Counted from the stretch's first letter, positions 37,223 to 51,311 are shown. The stretch is 64,000 nt of DNA from Octopus vulgaris (GCA_951406725.2 OX597818.1:95294001-95358000), one strand, 5' to 3'. Numbers and translations are program-made. The notes: generated from the sequence alone by a model not told the origin.

Positions 37223-37911
37223 TTAAGCTGTCAATGAAAACATTCTATCATTCTGTTAGACATGGGGTGTTAAGTTGTAGTGTCAATTCAATGCATACCT
37301 AGCAGGTTAGATAGGATGGCAAAAAGACTGTAGTCAACTAACAACCTCTATCGGTCATTATTGTCAGAGGTGTTCTAAAACATGAAATCCTCCCAACCAT
37401 TTAGGTGTTTGCAACTGTAAGGGATGAAATGTCCTCAATCAGTATAGCTTCAGATCATCTGGAAAAAAACAGTTTGAACAGGTCAAAAGATACATTTTAT
37501 CCTGGACTGATGCTAGAGAGCCCATAGTATCAATATAGATATGCTTGAAACAAGCATCAGGAGTAGCAAAGGTGCCTAACGGTGTTTTGGTGTGACACAT
37601 AACCTTGGCTTTTTGGCAAGGTATACATAATCCAGTAGAAACATCACACTATATAAGTGAATCACTAGAATGCAATGGTAATAGACTAAAATCTAGAGAA
37701 GATAACTCTGATGTCTGGAGTTGTAATAACTCTTCAACATCCTTTTGATCTATAGCAATCTTTTATTAAAAACAGTGCAAGTGATACCTGGAAATTTCTT
37801 AAGGATCATATGGTAAGATACAAAGGAAACAGGACTGATAGAAGCAGGTTTACTGTACATACCCTGTGCAGATAATTCCGTTTCTGAATATATCACTCTG
37901 TTGTGTTTATG

Positions 37912-38120
37912 AGCTGGCAGACACGTTAGCACACCAGTCGAAATGCTTAGCGATATTTCATCTGTCTTTACATTCTGAGTTCAAATTCCGCCGAGGTCAA
38001 CTTTGTCTTTCATCCTTTCAGGGTCAATAAATTAAGTACCAATTGCATACTGGGGTTGATCTAATAGACTGGCTGCTTCCCTCAAAATTTCAGGCCTTGT
38101 GCCTAGAGTAGAAAAGAATC
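37912..38120 (+). mobile_element. SINE family B variant
   Basis: gagctggcag..gagttcaaattcc..ggccttgtgcctagagtagaaaag. Confidence 0.8.
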
Positions 38121-39887
38121 TGCAAGAAGACCAAAATGATGCAGAAAGTCAGCACTAAGGATAGAATATACAAGATCTGCAATTATAAAAATCCATTTGA
38201 ATTGGCACCTCAAATTCAGCTCCACTGCAGCCTTCATTTCCACTTAATGGTCTCTTTCCAGTTATCTTGAACAAATCATAAAATATGTCCACTAATTTTC
38301 ATTCTTAGAGAGATTCGGGTATATTTTATTAGCTTCAAAACCTAAAATCATGATAAATATTTCTTTTTTGAATCTCACTGGCACCAGCATGTTCCCTTCC
38401 TTTGCCACCAACCATCTTATTTATGTGTGCCTCAGTTCAAGTGACCTCTTTTTTCATTGATTTATCATAATTTCCAGCAGCATCTTGTTCCCTCATCAGC
38501 AACTACTCTCCACATTTATGTGTGCACCAATTCAACTGACCTGGATCTTACTTTTAACATTAATCAAACAGTACATTCTCCTACTTCACTCCTCCCTCCT
38601 TTCATTTTCTTATTTTTCATTTTGCATCAGATCAGCTATAACAGTTACTTTTTGCCAATGCAGAACTATCATATTCTTTGGATTTTTCTGTTTGACTACT
38701 TGTTGAGAGTTTCTTGTCTAACAGCACTACTGTTGGATTTAACTGTTAATGCATAAGGAAGAGCAGATTACATTGGAGTTTAACACAGTCCTCTGGCTCA
38801 TCAGATCCTGTTAAACTATCCAATCCATACCAATATGGAAGACAAACATTGAGTGATGATGATAGTGATGATGTTTGTATGAATGTATGTGTGTGCGAGA
38901 GTGTGTGGGTATGCTTTGACATCATGCACTAATAGTCTACAGATGTCATCATTATACAAACTGTATCATTTGTCTGCAAATACCCATGGAAACATGTCTG
39001 AACTAGGAGAAAAAATTGTCTCACTTGGAGATAGATGAGAGTTGGCAACAGAAAGAGCATCCAACCATAGATAATCTGCCTTGATGAATTTCATTCAACC
39101 TATACAAGCATGGAAGAGTACATGTTACAATAGTAATGATGATATACATTCACACATCTATGCTAAAGGTACTTTTGAATCACCCTGTGTTTATGTGTAA
39201 ATGTATATGTAAGTATATATATTTGTATGCATTAATATGTGTCATAATTGTTCATGCACACACACTGCTGTGCATGTCTTCTTTCTTAATAGGTTAAGAC
39301 CTACTGTTTTTGCTCTGTGATCTCTGACAACTAATGATTTATTGCTTTTTAACTATATGACTGGAGGCATGTAGAAATTTTCAACAATAGTCTGGTACAA
39401 ATTGATACAACATGAGTGAGTATGGAACGAATAGTGTCAATGGCTGGATACACATCACTGATTGTTGAAGACATTACAACGATACATATTTTACTAATGA
39501 ATGTAGTTGTGGTATATAAGTTAGTATAACCTGTTGGACTGGAATACATGCCAATACAAACAGTAGGTAGTCAGGTTATTAATGGTAAAACAGGCATTCC
39601 ACCCAGCTAGGCTGGTGAGCAACGTTGCTAGAAACCCAGCAGAAAAATTATAAGACCTATCAAAAGGATAAAGGATGGATGGATCAAGTATGGGAAAAGA
39701 AAATATGGCTGAAAACTCACTCAACACATAATTTACACAACCACCACCTAGACGAATAATACAATTCATAAAGTAGATAACTTTGTACAATCACCATTCC
39801 ATAATATAACACATCACTTGTTTTTACATAACTGGCTCCCAACACTATAAAATCTTCCACGCACCATGATAAGCTAATTCACATATA

Positions 39888-39941
<54 letters not shown>

Positions 39942-39959
39942 TGTTTGATTAGGTGTGCA

Positions 39960-40960
39960 TAGCAGAAGAAATTTCAGCCATAGAAGCAAGGACTGGTATC
40001 AAAAGGATTTAGAGTTAATTTAGCATAGACCAAAGTCCTAATAAGTAGGAAAGCAGACAAACTACTAATCCCTTCAGGGAAAAGACCTAGCTCGATATGT
40101 AGAAATTCCATATGATGTACTCAGTAGGTCCAAGGAATGGACACTTAAGAAGTGCAATGGAATCACAGATAGGTTAACTGAGAAAGTAATCTTTGTGTGT
40201 GGCAGATATGTAGGAACAATGAACGCAGGAGTGGCTCTGTGGTAAGTAGCTTGCTTACTCACCACATGGTTCCGGGTTCATTCCCACTGCGTGGCACCTT
40301 GGGCAAGTGTCTTCTGCTATATCCTCAGGCCAACCAAAGCCTTGTGAGTGGATTTGGTAGACAGAAACTGAAAGAAGCCCATCCTATATACGTACATATA
40401 TATGTATGTGTGTGTATATGTTTGTGTGTCTGTGTTTGTCCCCCCAACATCGCTTGACAACTGATTGTGGTGTGTTTACGTTTCTGTAACTTAGCAGTTC
40501 AGCTAAAGAGACCGATAGAATAAGTACTAGGCTTACAAAGAATAAGTCCTGGGGTCGATTTGCTTGAGTAAAGGTGGTGCTCCAGCATGGCCACCGTCAA
40601 ATGACTGAAACAAGTAAAAGAATAAAAGACTAAGAACACAGAATCCTTAAAGATAGTAGATAGTTTCCATTGCCTAGGTGACCAAGCTACACTCTGAAAG
40701 CATAGTTGCTAGAATTAGAACTGTTTGGGCAAATTCAGAGAGATATCTTTTTAGGTAACAATGGCCTCTTTCTCAGAGTGAAAGGTAGATTTTATGATGC
40801 TTATGTATGAACAGCAATGCTACATGGTGGTGAAACATGAATGCAGAGGACCTTGGAAACAAATGAAGCTAGCATGCTCTGCTGTATGTGCAAGGTCAGT
40901 GTACATGGACAACAAAGTGAAAGCATTGAGAAAAAATAGGGTTTAAGAAGTATCAGATGT
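39960..40960 (+). mobile_element. RTE LINE remnant with Cys-rich insert, split by a SINE
   Basis: KGFRVNLA*TKVL..SGKRPSSICRNSI*CTQ..WTLKKCNGI..FVCG; after the SINE ESLKIVDSFHCLG..RVKGRFYDAYV*TAMLHGGET. Confidence 0.8.
40225..40630 (+). mobile_element. SINE family A, full length, nested in RTE
   Basis: Full head, body and tail. Confidence 0.85.
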
Positions 40961-41221
40961 ACTTGGTGACCTCACAGCTGCTGATGCCAGATAAGAAAAT
41001 ACCCATTAGACTTAGCAAAGTGGATGGTGTTAGGAAGGGCATCCAGCAGTAGAAACTGTGCCGAAAGAGACAGTAGAGCTTGGTAGTTTTCTGATCTGCC
41101 AGCTCCTGTCAAACCATCCAACCCATGCTAGCACAGAAGATGTACATCAAATGATGATGATAATGATGATGATACAACTCGCACACCATATATAATATTT
41201 TTTGTATTACATGCTAATGCA

Positions 41222-41500
41222 GTTGTGTGATTAGGGTGTTGCACTCATGACTGTGAGATTGTGGTTTGAATTCCTGGACCATGTGGCGCATTGTGTTCTT
41301 GAGCAAAACACTTCATCTCGCATTATTCTGTGATCTTTCCCACACCTGATGTATGGTACACCATGCACCTGTCTAGGCAACATTGATATAATGGAAGGAG
41401 TGAGCTTAAGTACAGCACAAACATTTGATCACTTTCAACAAATCATTCACCCTGGTTGTTCAGCAAAGCTGTCTTTCTCAGACTACGGGAGACTACCATT
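41222..41500 (+). mobile_element. degenerate tRNA-derived SINE
   Basis: ggtttgaattcc B box, tgttcttgagcaaaacactt. Confidence 0.55.
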
Positions 41501-41849
41501 ATACCAGCACTAATAAGAATAAATGTTTCTACTTTATGCACAAGGTTAGATGATACCATCAACCCCAGTACTAGACTGACATTTTATGTTACTGATCTCA
41601 AAAGGGTGAAAAGGAAAGTTCACTATAACAGAATTTGAACTCAGAATTGGTGCAAATACTGCAAGATATTTTGTCCACCATTCTTACCAATTACACCATT
41701 TTTAAAAAATATTTTGCTTCTGGGGCCATTCATACATTTTAAAAATGAGTAACAAAGACACAGTGATCAACATATATGGTCATATAAAACAAAAAATACA
41801 AGGGTTGGAGACAAATAAATATATATAGGTATGTAGTTAGGTACCAAGT

Positions 41850-42960
41850 TGAGTAAAGCACTTTTCATATTTCAAGTTTTAGTTAATAATTCAAACAAAT
41901 TACATATGAAAAGTGTTTATTTATCAAAATATGTTCCATCATATTCCATTGTTGCCATCGTTGTGCCTGTAGCTCAATTCTACACTTAGTTTAGAAGCCA
42001 AAAACTCCATCTGCTTGTTTCAACCTTATCCACATTGTCGAACCTCCATCCATGCAGGAAATGAGCCATGGCCCAGAAAAGGTGGTAATCTGAATGTACA
42101 ATGTCTGCATTGTTGGCAGGTGGAGGCAGCACATCCTACCCCTCAAGTTCCTCAAGTTTTCACTTGGTCACATTGACAGTGTGTACTAGGGTATGGTAAT
42201 GTTGTATAAGTGCATGTCTTTGATTGACCAATGCCAGATAGTGGGCTTTCAAAGCATCATATACTCACAACAGTTGTTGAATATAAAGGTTAGTGTTCAC
42301 AGCATGACCAAAGTGCAACGCTCCCCAAAAATTCCAGCAAACACAAAACATGACCTTCTATTCAAACTACCCTCATTTGACATCAGGTTCTGAAGCTTGC
42401 AGGAAGGAAGCCACTGATTTCTCTTATTAAAATTACAAACATAGATCCATCTTTTACCCCCAGTTATAATTCAATGCCAAAAAATAGACATCTCAAAGAT
42501 TTACCAGTAGTTGAGCCTGGTTATTGATCAGTTTATGAGGAACTTGTCAACAACATCTGTTCATAAGGCTGAGTTTATGGAGGTGTCAATTGATGGTACC
42601 TGGTGAAGTACCAAGTTCTACCTACAATGTAGGACTGCTTGTGCTTGGCTGTTGTTCAACCATTTCAAGCAAGGCCTCATCTTCCACAACAGTTCTCTCT
42701 GATCTTGGTTTGTCTTCAAGGCTCATGTCACCTTCCTTGAAACATCTAAACCAGTTTTGTGCCACATGTTTGTTGACTGTTCTTGGTCCTTCCACATCAT
42801 TAATTTTTTATGCTACTGCACTTGCACTCAGTCTCATTTTTTTTATAGGCTATGAAAAATGATTCTAATGGTAATTTCTTCAATATTCATTATCAAAGCT
42901 GTAAAATAAAGAATAAGCAATCAATGTTTATATGTTATGTTTGAAAATAAAGAATGGAAG
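41850..42960 (-). mobile_element. degenerate near full-length mariner
   Basis: Minus strand VAQNWFRCFKEGDMSLEDKPRS (HTH), PPPANNADIVHSDYHLF (YSPDLAP.D-like), DGTYFD at the C-terminus. Confidence 0.75.
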
Positions 42961-42990
42961 TTGTATCAAATTAATGATATAACATGGACG

Positions 42991-43878
42991 TATGAGGTGT
43001 ACCCAAAAGAAACCAGAATTTTGCAATATTATTTTATTCACTTAGTTTTATATGTTTACACTTTTATTACCTTCAAAGTTTTCTCCATTTGAAGCAGTGC
43101 CACTTTTCAAAGCAATGCTGGAACTCTTGTGATTTGATACCTTTTAATGCCTCTGTCATTTTTTCTTCACCTCTTCCACATCTGCAAAATTCTGTAGCAC
43201 CAGCTTTTGTCACCAGTAATGACCCCTAAAAAAATGGTCCTGATCAACTTCCAACTGTTCTTTCAGTTCATGACATGCATTCAGTCATGACAGGTTTTGA
43301 TCTTTCATGAGCAAGTGAGGCACAAATTTTGCTGCAACTCTTTTCATTCACAATTTCTCGCTGAAAATTCATTGGCAGGAGCTCCAGGACACACCAGTCA
43401 TATCAACAGGTTTGTCAATTTTTCAGTGACAGTCCTCCAAGATCAGTTCATGAATTTTCATGATGTTTTCATTCATCTAGGAGGTTGATGGTCATCCTGA
43501 ATGAGATTGGTCTTCAAGTGACAAGTGACCATTCCTAATGCATGGAAACCACTTGTAACTTGTGTTTTGCTCATGATAGCATCCTTGTAAGCTGTTTGAA
43601 GCATGATAACTGTTTCAGCCACCATTTTCCCCAGCAGAAAACAGAATTTCATGGATGCACATTGTTCCTTTGTTTCAGCCATTGCAAAAATCAGTGAACA
43701 GGGGAGAAGCACTGCAAAACAAAGATGCACCACATGGCAGTATGACTTCACCTGAAGACACCAGTCGGCAGACTGATGCCAGAGCAACACATCAAGTGGC
43801 TTCTAGCAGTGGAAGCCTCAACTACAATGGATTGTCCCACAGAGAACATTTCCATTTACTTTTGGGTACCCCCTCATA
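42991..43878 (-). mobile_element. non-autonomous mariner with both TIRs (~890 bp)
   Basis: TIRs tatgaggtgtacccaaaag / cttttgggtaccccctcata; MAETKEQCASMKFCFLLGKMVAETVIMLQTAYKD N-terminus; catalytic core deleted. Confidence 0.9.
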
Positions 43879-44379
43879 CAAATATCCAAAAATCAAGGAA
43901 AATCTGAAATAAGTTTTCACTCTACCTGGTAGATAAATAAGTAGGTAGGTAGGTAGGTCAATAGTTAATTAATTAATTAATTTTAATGTGCACAAAGCAG
44001 TAGAATCAGATGCAGATGGTTCTCATGGCCTCTTTGACTAAATCACGTTCATAGGTCATGAATCAAGCTAGTTAGATATTTTATATTTATTTATGTTTTA
44101 TTTCTAAATAAAATAGTTTCACTAAACTTTCACTTGTACTAAATAATTCGAATTCTCTTTGTTTTCAGTTAAAAAAAAAAATTTCAATTTTATGAATTCA
44201 GTTGTGAAGCCTGTCAAACAACTGTTCATATATACTCACAAGGAATGAAACCTGACAGAACAAGATCCTTTGTTTTTATTAGAAATAGTTTGAAATGTTG
44301 TTTAGCTCCAGGCCAACCCTGACCTTCTGATCACCAATGACAATCTTGTCTTCTATGAATATGTAGTATAACATTATTT

Positions 44380-45630
44380 ACTGCTAGACTACCTGTAACC
44401 CATTGGGTCACCAATAGTTCAAGGTACTCGAAAAAACTGTGTATCTCGGGAATCCATGGTCCAATTTATGCAAAACTTTTGTTATTCTGTGTGTATTCAC
44501 ATTTCAATGATACCTTACTTTCAAAACATTTTTCCCATTATATGCCAGTTTGGCAATTTATAAAGGTACCCAAAAAAACTATGTATCTCAGTAACCCGTG
44601 GTCCAATTTACGTGAAACTTGTTTTATTCTATTTGTATTCACATGAGCATATGATTCATGACATCTCCTGCTTTTGTCTCTTTCCCTCTGTTTTGCCAGA
44701 CACTCACCTCTCCCAGCGTCCGATTCCTGATCTCTCCTGTTTCTGTTTCTTTTCCTCTGTCCCACCATATGCTCAGCCTTTACTTTATCATTCCCATCGA
44801 TCCTTCTATTCACATGCCTGTCCTGATCTTGGGGAAATATTTCGTAAAGGACCCATTCATACTTCGGTGTGAAATAATTTTTTCCACAGGTTTTTTCAAG
44901 TGCATTCAACATATCTCACCTCCAAACTCACAGCAAGCCACTTTCTTCTGCAAAAGAAAGGAGGTAGGGGTGGTAGTGACCTTGGAGTTTCCTGGGGAAC
45001 TCTGAGTTTCCCACCAACAGAGTTTTGTTTTGTTGGGTTTTTTTTCTTTTCCAGGATATTTCACATGCTTTCAACAAATGTGACATCAAAATCATGAGTA
45101 AACAGCTCCTTTCTTCAGAAAAGGAAAGATTTGCCTGCTATTTCTTGCACACTCTGCTACCATGTAACAGCTATTTCGGGTCCTTTATCGCAAATCCTGG
45201 CTCAGTTAAATCTCTTGTGGATCCAAATGATGTCAACTGTAGTGCAGCATTGTATTGTCTAATTTTGTTTTGGAATTGCTTGGAATCTTGGTCAGTTGAT
45301 GACAACAGTTTCTTCAATGGCTCTGGGGGTTGGGAGATTGCAGGAAGTTTAACCTTTCTACCACTGCAGCACAGTGCAAGTGTCTCTCCAGGCCACTTCT
45401 TTGCTTTATAATGTATGCACTCAGTTGTCATTGCACCAATGGAAACTCTAGTGTCATCTGCATAATGAACTGCTGGGTCATAATTGAAAGCTGCTTCATA
45501 GAAGTTGCTATGCTGACACAGTTTGAGAAAACAAAAACTCAGAAGGGAATTTTGGGGTTTGGTTGTTTTGTATGCTAAAGGTCTTAAAATTTTCCCACAT
45601 GATCCCTGCTAATTCTAGCATAATAAACGA
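44380..45630 (-). mobile_element. Helitron remnant (RepHel N-terminal region)
   Basis: 45171-45431 CIHYKAKKWPGETLALCCSGRKVKLP..PPEPLKKLL..FQNKIRQYNAALQLTSFG; Arg/Glu-rich repeat at 44650-44760. Confidence 0.8.
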
Positions 45631-45689
45631 CCACTTGAGGGACTACCTTCAAGTTTGTTTAAAAGAAAGAGATTAAAACTGCAATGAAA

Positions 45690-45910
45690 TAATGGCTTCA
45701 AATTTTAGCACAAGGCCAGCAATTTCGAGGTGAGGGAGAGTAAGTCAATTACATCAAACCCAGTGATCAACTGGTACTTATTTTATTGACCTCAAAAGGA
45801 TGAAAGGCAAAGTTGACCTCAGTGGATTTTGAACTCAGAATGTAAAGACAAATGAAATGTTGCAAAGCAAAATGCTTTGCATGCTAACAATTCTGCCAAC
45901 TCACCATCTT
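45690..45910 (-). mobile_element. SINE family B variant
   Basis: aggatgaaaggcaaagttgacc..tgaactcagaa. Confidence 0.75.
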
Positions 45911-46354
45911 AACTGCACTGAAATAATGAAAGAAATATTTACTCTGCAGATGAGTGCTGGAAGATGAATAAAGGATATGAAGGAAAATTAGATGTAACAT
46001 GTCAGGAAAATTATACCCATTAGGAATCAAATGTATAAATATTCAGCAACTAGCAGAAAACCACCTGGAGGGCAGTCTATCTGTTAGTATATATATATAT
46101 ATATATATATATAATGTGTGTGTGTAAGCTGTCCAATAGTCCATAAATCAGGAAAATTCACTTGTATATTTATCAGTAGAGTAATCATTCTGAAACTGCT
46201 GTCTCTGAAGAGCACAGAGTTACATAATCAAACACTCCTTTGGACCCCTTGTGCGAAACTGATTGGTATGATCAACCATAGTGAATGTTTAATACTGTAC
46301 ACTTCGATTTATAGATAGACATACAGACAGACATATGTGTGTATATATATATAC

Positions 46355-46685
46355 TGTGAGGTATATTTGCCATCTCAATATGGCTAACCACTAAGGGTGG
46401 GTGTTACTGTAGCTTGTAGCCCCAGGAGAACATCTCCTCCAGCTGGCTATAGGCACACTTTCTGTGCCCTATCGGTATTTGCAAAGGGAGATCATCCTTC
46501 CCTCGTCAACCTAAGTGATATGCACTTAGGTTGATGAGGGAAGGATGACCTCCCTTTGAAAATACCAATAGGGCACAGAAAGTGTGCCTATAGCCAGCTG
46601 GAGGAGATGTTCTCCTGGGACTACAAGCTACAGTAACACCCACCCTTAGTGGTTAGCCATATTGAGATGGCAAATATACCTCACA
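46355..46685. mobile_element. 163-bp-arm palindrome of the 36250 PLE-like family
   Basis: 46355-46517 versus 46523-46685, about 5 mismatches, 5-nt loop. Confidence 0.85.
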
Positions 46686-47784
46686 TTGTCATGCAGTTAC
46701 TGTTTATACCTCGTTCAGCGATTTATTATTGCTTATATATATACTACTTCTACTGCTACTACTACTAATCATCCAACTTCAGTTGGTGACACTATGAAGT
46801 ACAGAACTCCATAGTATTTTAAAGTACCTAAAGTGAGTTGATGAATCATAGTTCTATCAGCTAGCAGTAATCTGCTAACTGGATTGGTTGACCCAAGACT
46901 GACTGTTGGCTGAAGTGGCTCTTCTGCTGAGGTTGTGTTGCACAGTTTTGCCAAATAAAAGATCAATATGCCCAACTTCACATCTACCATGCAGCTCCCC
47001 ATGATTTCGCCATGACCCTGGCTTGGGGAATTTTTTCATTGATGTCATCCCCTCTATATACACACTATTGGATGGTCATTGACTCTTATGAGTTCCTCCA
47101 ACCTTTGACAGGTTTTGTTTTTCATCCCCCAAGGTGTCCAGATCACCCTTCTCCTCAAGCAAGCTTGGTGGAGTTACTGGTTGATTCACCAATGACAGTT
47201 GACCAACTATGAAAAATGAATACAATGACCTCAAATCAAAAGATTCACAAAGGTCATCTTTTGACAGAACTCAACAACATTCTTGACCGCTCCTAAAAAT
47301 ATTTCAATTCTTTATTCCTTATAGTCTAATCTCTTCTCACTAACATTTTCAACTACTTTTTGTCTTTTTACCTTCCACCTTTTACTTTTCTTTTCCTTTT
47401 TCCTTTTTTTCTTTTTTTCTTCCTTTTTTCACACATGCTGTTGTATTTACCTTTTGTTTTCTTTTATTACTTTTTATATAAATTTTTATATTAGTTTTTA
47501 TATTCATTTTTTCTATTTTTTATTTTTTATTTGTATACTTGTAAGAAAATATCTTTTGATATATAAACCTAAACTACAGAATTTCAGTTTGAAAAAGGCT
47601 ATTGAAAAGCCCAAAATTCATTAGAGTAACTGTAATCATTATCATTAAAATAAGAATTATCCCCCCAAAAGCCATCTCTACTCATTTTTTAAAGTTATTA
47701 TACTATACCAAGAACTTTTTTTATTATTCTACTACACACACAAACACACACACATATATATATATATATATACATATATACATA

Positions 47785-47975
47785 TATCATCATCATCATC
47801 ATCATTTAACGGCCATTTTCCATACTAGCATGGGTTGGAAGGTTCAACCGAGGTCTGGGAAGCCTGGAGGTTGCACCAGGCTCCAGTTTGATTTGGCAGT
47901 GTTTCTACAGCTGGACACCCTTCCTAACACCAACCACTCCGTGAGTGTAGTGGGTGCTTTTTACATGCAACCATG
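47785..47975 (-). mobile_element. SINE-like family C
   Basis: (CAT)n then ctagcatgggttgga..acccttcctaac. Confidence 0.75.
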
Positions 47976-48365
47976 TATATATACACACAACATACACATA
48001 AACACACACACACACGCACATATACACATACAACAGGCTCATTTCAGTTTCTGTCTATTAAATCCACTCACAAGACTTTGGTTGGTCTGAAGCTATAGTA
48101 GAAACCACTTGCCCAAGGTGCTATGCAGTGGGACTGAATTCAGAACCATGTGGTTGAGAAGCAAACTTATCACACAACCATACCTATATATCACTCTATC
48201 AGTGTATCAACCAGACTATTGGATGTTGCTATATCCTGCTGGTCACAGACTTCAAATTGTCTGTCATGACATGGTTTCTACAGTTGGATGCCCTTCCTAA
48301 TGCCAACCACTTTATAGAATGTGCTGAGTGCTTTTTATGTGCCACATGTATGCATATATAAGGTT

Positions 48366-48526
48366 CAGGATTGGCTGTGTGGTAAGTAGCTTGCTTACCA
48401 ACCACATAGTTCCGGCTTCAATCCCACTGCATGGCACCTTGGGCAAGTATCTTCTACTATAGCCTCAGGCTGACCAAAGCCTTGGGAGTGGATTTGGTAG
48501 ATGGAAACTGAAAGAAGCCCGTTGTA

Positions 48527-48564
<38 letters not shown>

Positions 48565-48760
48565 TCCCCTCCCCAATCACCACTTGACGACTGGTGCTGG
48601 TATGACTATGTCCCCGTAACTTTGTGGTTCAGCAAAAGAGATTGATAAAATAAGTACTAGGTTTAAGAAATAAGTCCTGGGGTCAATCTGTTTGACTAAA
48701 ACCATTCAAGGTAGTGCCCCAACATGGCCATAGTCAGATGACTGAAACAAGTAAAAGAAT
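48366..48760 (+). mobile_element. SINE family A
   Basis: Full length. Confidence 0.85.
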
Positions 48761-48779
48761 ATATATAAATATCTAATTA

Positions 48780-48822
<43 letters not shown>

Positions 48823-49384
48823 TCATCATCATCATCATCATCATTATTGTCGTCGTGTAACGTCCACTTTCCATGCTGGCATGGGTTGGATAGTTTGACT
48901 GAGGGCTGGCGAGCCAAAAGGCTGCACCAGGTGCCAATTTGATTTGGCAAAGAGCCTGTTGCAGCCTTCTGGCTCACCAGCCCTCTTGTGTGTATGTGTA
49001 TGTTATTGTAAATAAGTGTCACTGTCATAGAAACAGTGTCATTCATTTCCAATATTCTTCAAAAACATGTCAGGCCATGAGGAATTATTACCTTTCTTGG
49101 GAACAGGTGAGTGTTGGCTACAGAAAGAGCATCCAGCAATAGAAAATCTGCCTTAATAAACTTTGTCCAACTTTTGCAAGCATGGAAAAGTGGGTGCTAA
49201 ACTGATGATGATGACGATGGTGATGATGATGATAATGATGATGATGACTAGAATATGAGACATTTGTTCCAGTTCATTACATTCTTAGTTCGATTCTTGC
49301 TGAGGTCAACTTTGCCTTTCATTCTTCCAAGGCTGATAAAATAAAATATCAGTCCAGTACTAGAGTCAATATAATCAACTGTTC

Positions 49385-49600
49385 CAAGGCAGCAACCTAG
49401 CAGAATTATTAGCACACCAGACAAAATGCTTGGTGGCATTTCATCTGCCTTCACCTTCTGAGTTCAAATCCTGCCAAGATAAACTTTGCTATCCATCTTT
49501 TTAGGGTTGATAAAATAAGTACCAGTTAAGCACTGAGGTCAATGCAATCAACTTACCTGCTTCCCTGAAATTACTGGCCTTGTGTCAAAATTAGAAATTA
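49385..49600 (+). mobile_element. SINE family B variant
   Basis: gagttcaaatcc..ataaaataagtaccag. Confidence 0.7.
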
Positions 49601-50859
49601 ATATAATCACCTATTCCACACCCACCACCAAAAGTTTGGCCTGAGTCCTTACTAGAAACAGTTATATGTGGCTATGTTTGTTCTTGATACTGTATCTTTT
49701 GTTCCTTTCCTTACTGCAGTTGTTATTTTTTATCAGTAAGTTACATCATTGACTAAATTAAAAGATTAACAAAAGATATGATCTTATAACAACCCAATAT
49801 CTCATACAATTGGACATTCCTCTTCTTCACAAGGCAGTAGGTTTTGCGAAAGTCAAGCTTTAATAAATATAATCTTAGTTAATCCTCAACAACCTTTTAC
49901 CACATTGAATGCTTGATTTCACACCAGCGTTTCATCTAATATATCACTATCAAATTCAAGTTAATCTAGACACGATATTTTGAAGATCAACTGTGTCAGG
50001 CTATTATTTCTGATTTTCAAAATATGAAGTATTAGAGATAAACTTCCTCCTGGATAGGATATTGGGAGTAATTTTTTTTCCCAATATACAACAAATTTGA
50101 AGCAACAGAATACATACATACACATACACACACACGTACATACATACATACAGAGCAACAATAATAATCCATAGATGGAATTTGTAAATATCTTAATGCA
50201 TCGCTACATGTGTTTTCATAAACTACATGTTTCTTAAGATCACAGTCAGTATTCCTCGGATGATTACAGTACAGTCCATATTATCCATTGGCATCAGGTG
50301 GATCATATTCGTGTGTTCATTTCTTTGGGTGACATGATGGCATTAACAGATGTGAAGTTATCCTTCATCTTCTCAATGTCTTCAACATGACTGCCTTCAG
50401 CTTGGGAAAATGACCAAAAGTCACAGGAAGCAAGGTCTGGATTGTAGGGAGGCTTTGTTTATCAATTTTGACCAATGAGATGGTTGATTGGGGTATGTAG
50501 GCAGTTCTGTGTGTATCTGGTGGGGAGGAGTGCGAGCTAGCATAATAAAATAGGAGCTTTTATATGCATATTCAAAACATTTCCCATAAACGAACTTAAA
50601 GGACATATATATATATATAGTTTTACAATTCTACAGCTTGAATAGAGAAGTATACCACTTTTAGCTCTTGTTTTAGGTCTGTTTTGGACCAAGGATTCAT
50701 AAGGCTAGTTATCTGATTTCCATGGAATATACAAGTCCAATATCCCAATATTACCCCTGAACAGAATGCCATTCCATAGCAAGGTTTCTCATTTATAGCT
50801 GAGTAGACTGGAGTAATGTAAAATGAAGTGTTTTACTCAAGAACACAAAGCACTGTCAT

Positions 50860-51150
50860 CATCATCATCATCATCATTATCATCGTTTAGCGTCAATTTT
50901 CCATGCTGACATGGGTTGGATGGCTTGATTGGAGACTGGCAAGCCAGTAGGCTGCACCAGGCTCCAGTCTGATCTGACAAGGTTTCTACATCTGGATGCA
51001 CTTCCTAATGCCAACTGCTCCAAGAGTGTAGTGGGTGCTTTTTACATGCCACTGGAATGGGAGCTAGTGAGGTGGCACTGACATCAAACACATTTGGATG
51101 ATGCTTTTTATGTGCCACCAGCACAGAAGCCAGTAAGGTGGTACTGGCAT
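50860..51150 (-). mobile_element. SINE-like family C inserted in an E-type SINE (50690-51230)
   Basis: (CAT)n tail plus family C body; host halves on both sides. Confidence 0.7.
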
Positions 51151-51311
51151 CAACCCTATCAGATAATTGAAGCCACAATCTAAAAATTGTGAGCACAATG
51201 CCCTAACCAGAAGGTTACATGCCTTCACATATCACTTCATTGTAACATCTTACACCCAATGAGAGATCTTCTGAATGGTTGCGTGGTAACCCAATATTAT
51301 ATAAGGAAGTA

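Noticed and set aside
46790-47300. Possible Penelope RT remnant (IDVIPSIYT-like) beside the 46355 palindrome
   Set aside because: Similarity too weak and fragmented to support without a profile search
50217-50265. Minus-strand CCGAGGA...GAAACATGTA hammerhead-like motif
   Set aside because: Stems I and II barely pair and there is no second copy for support
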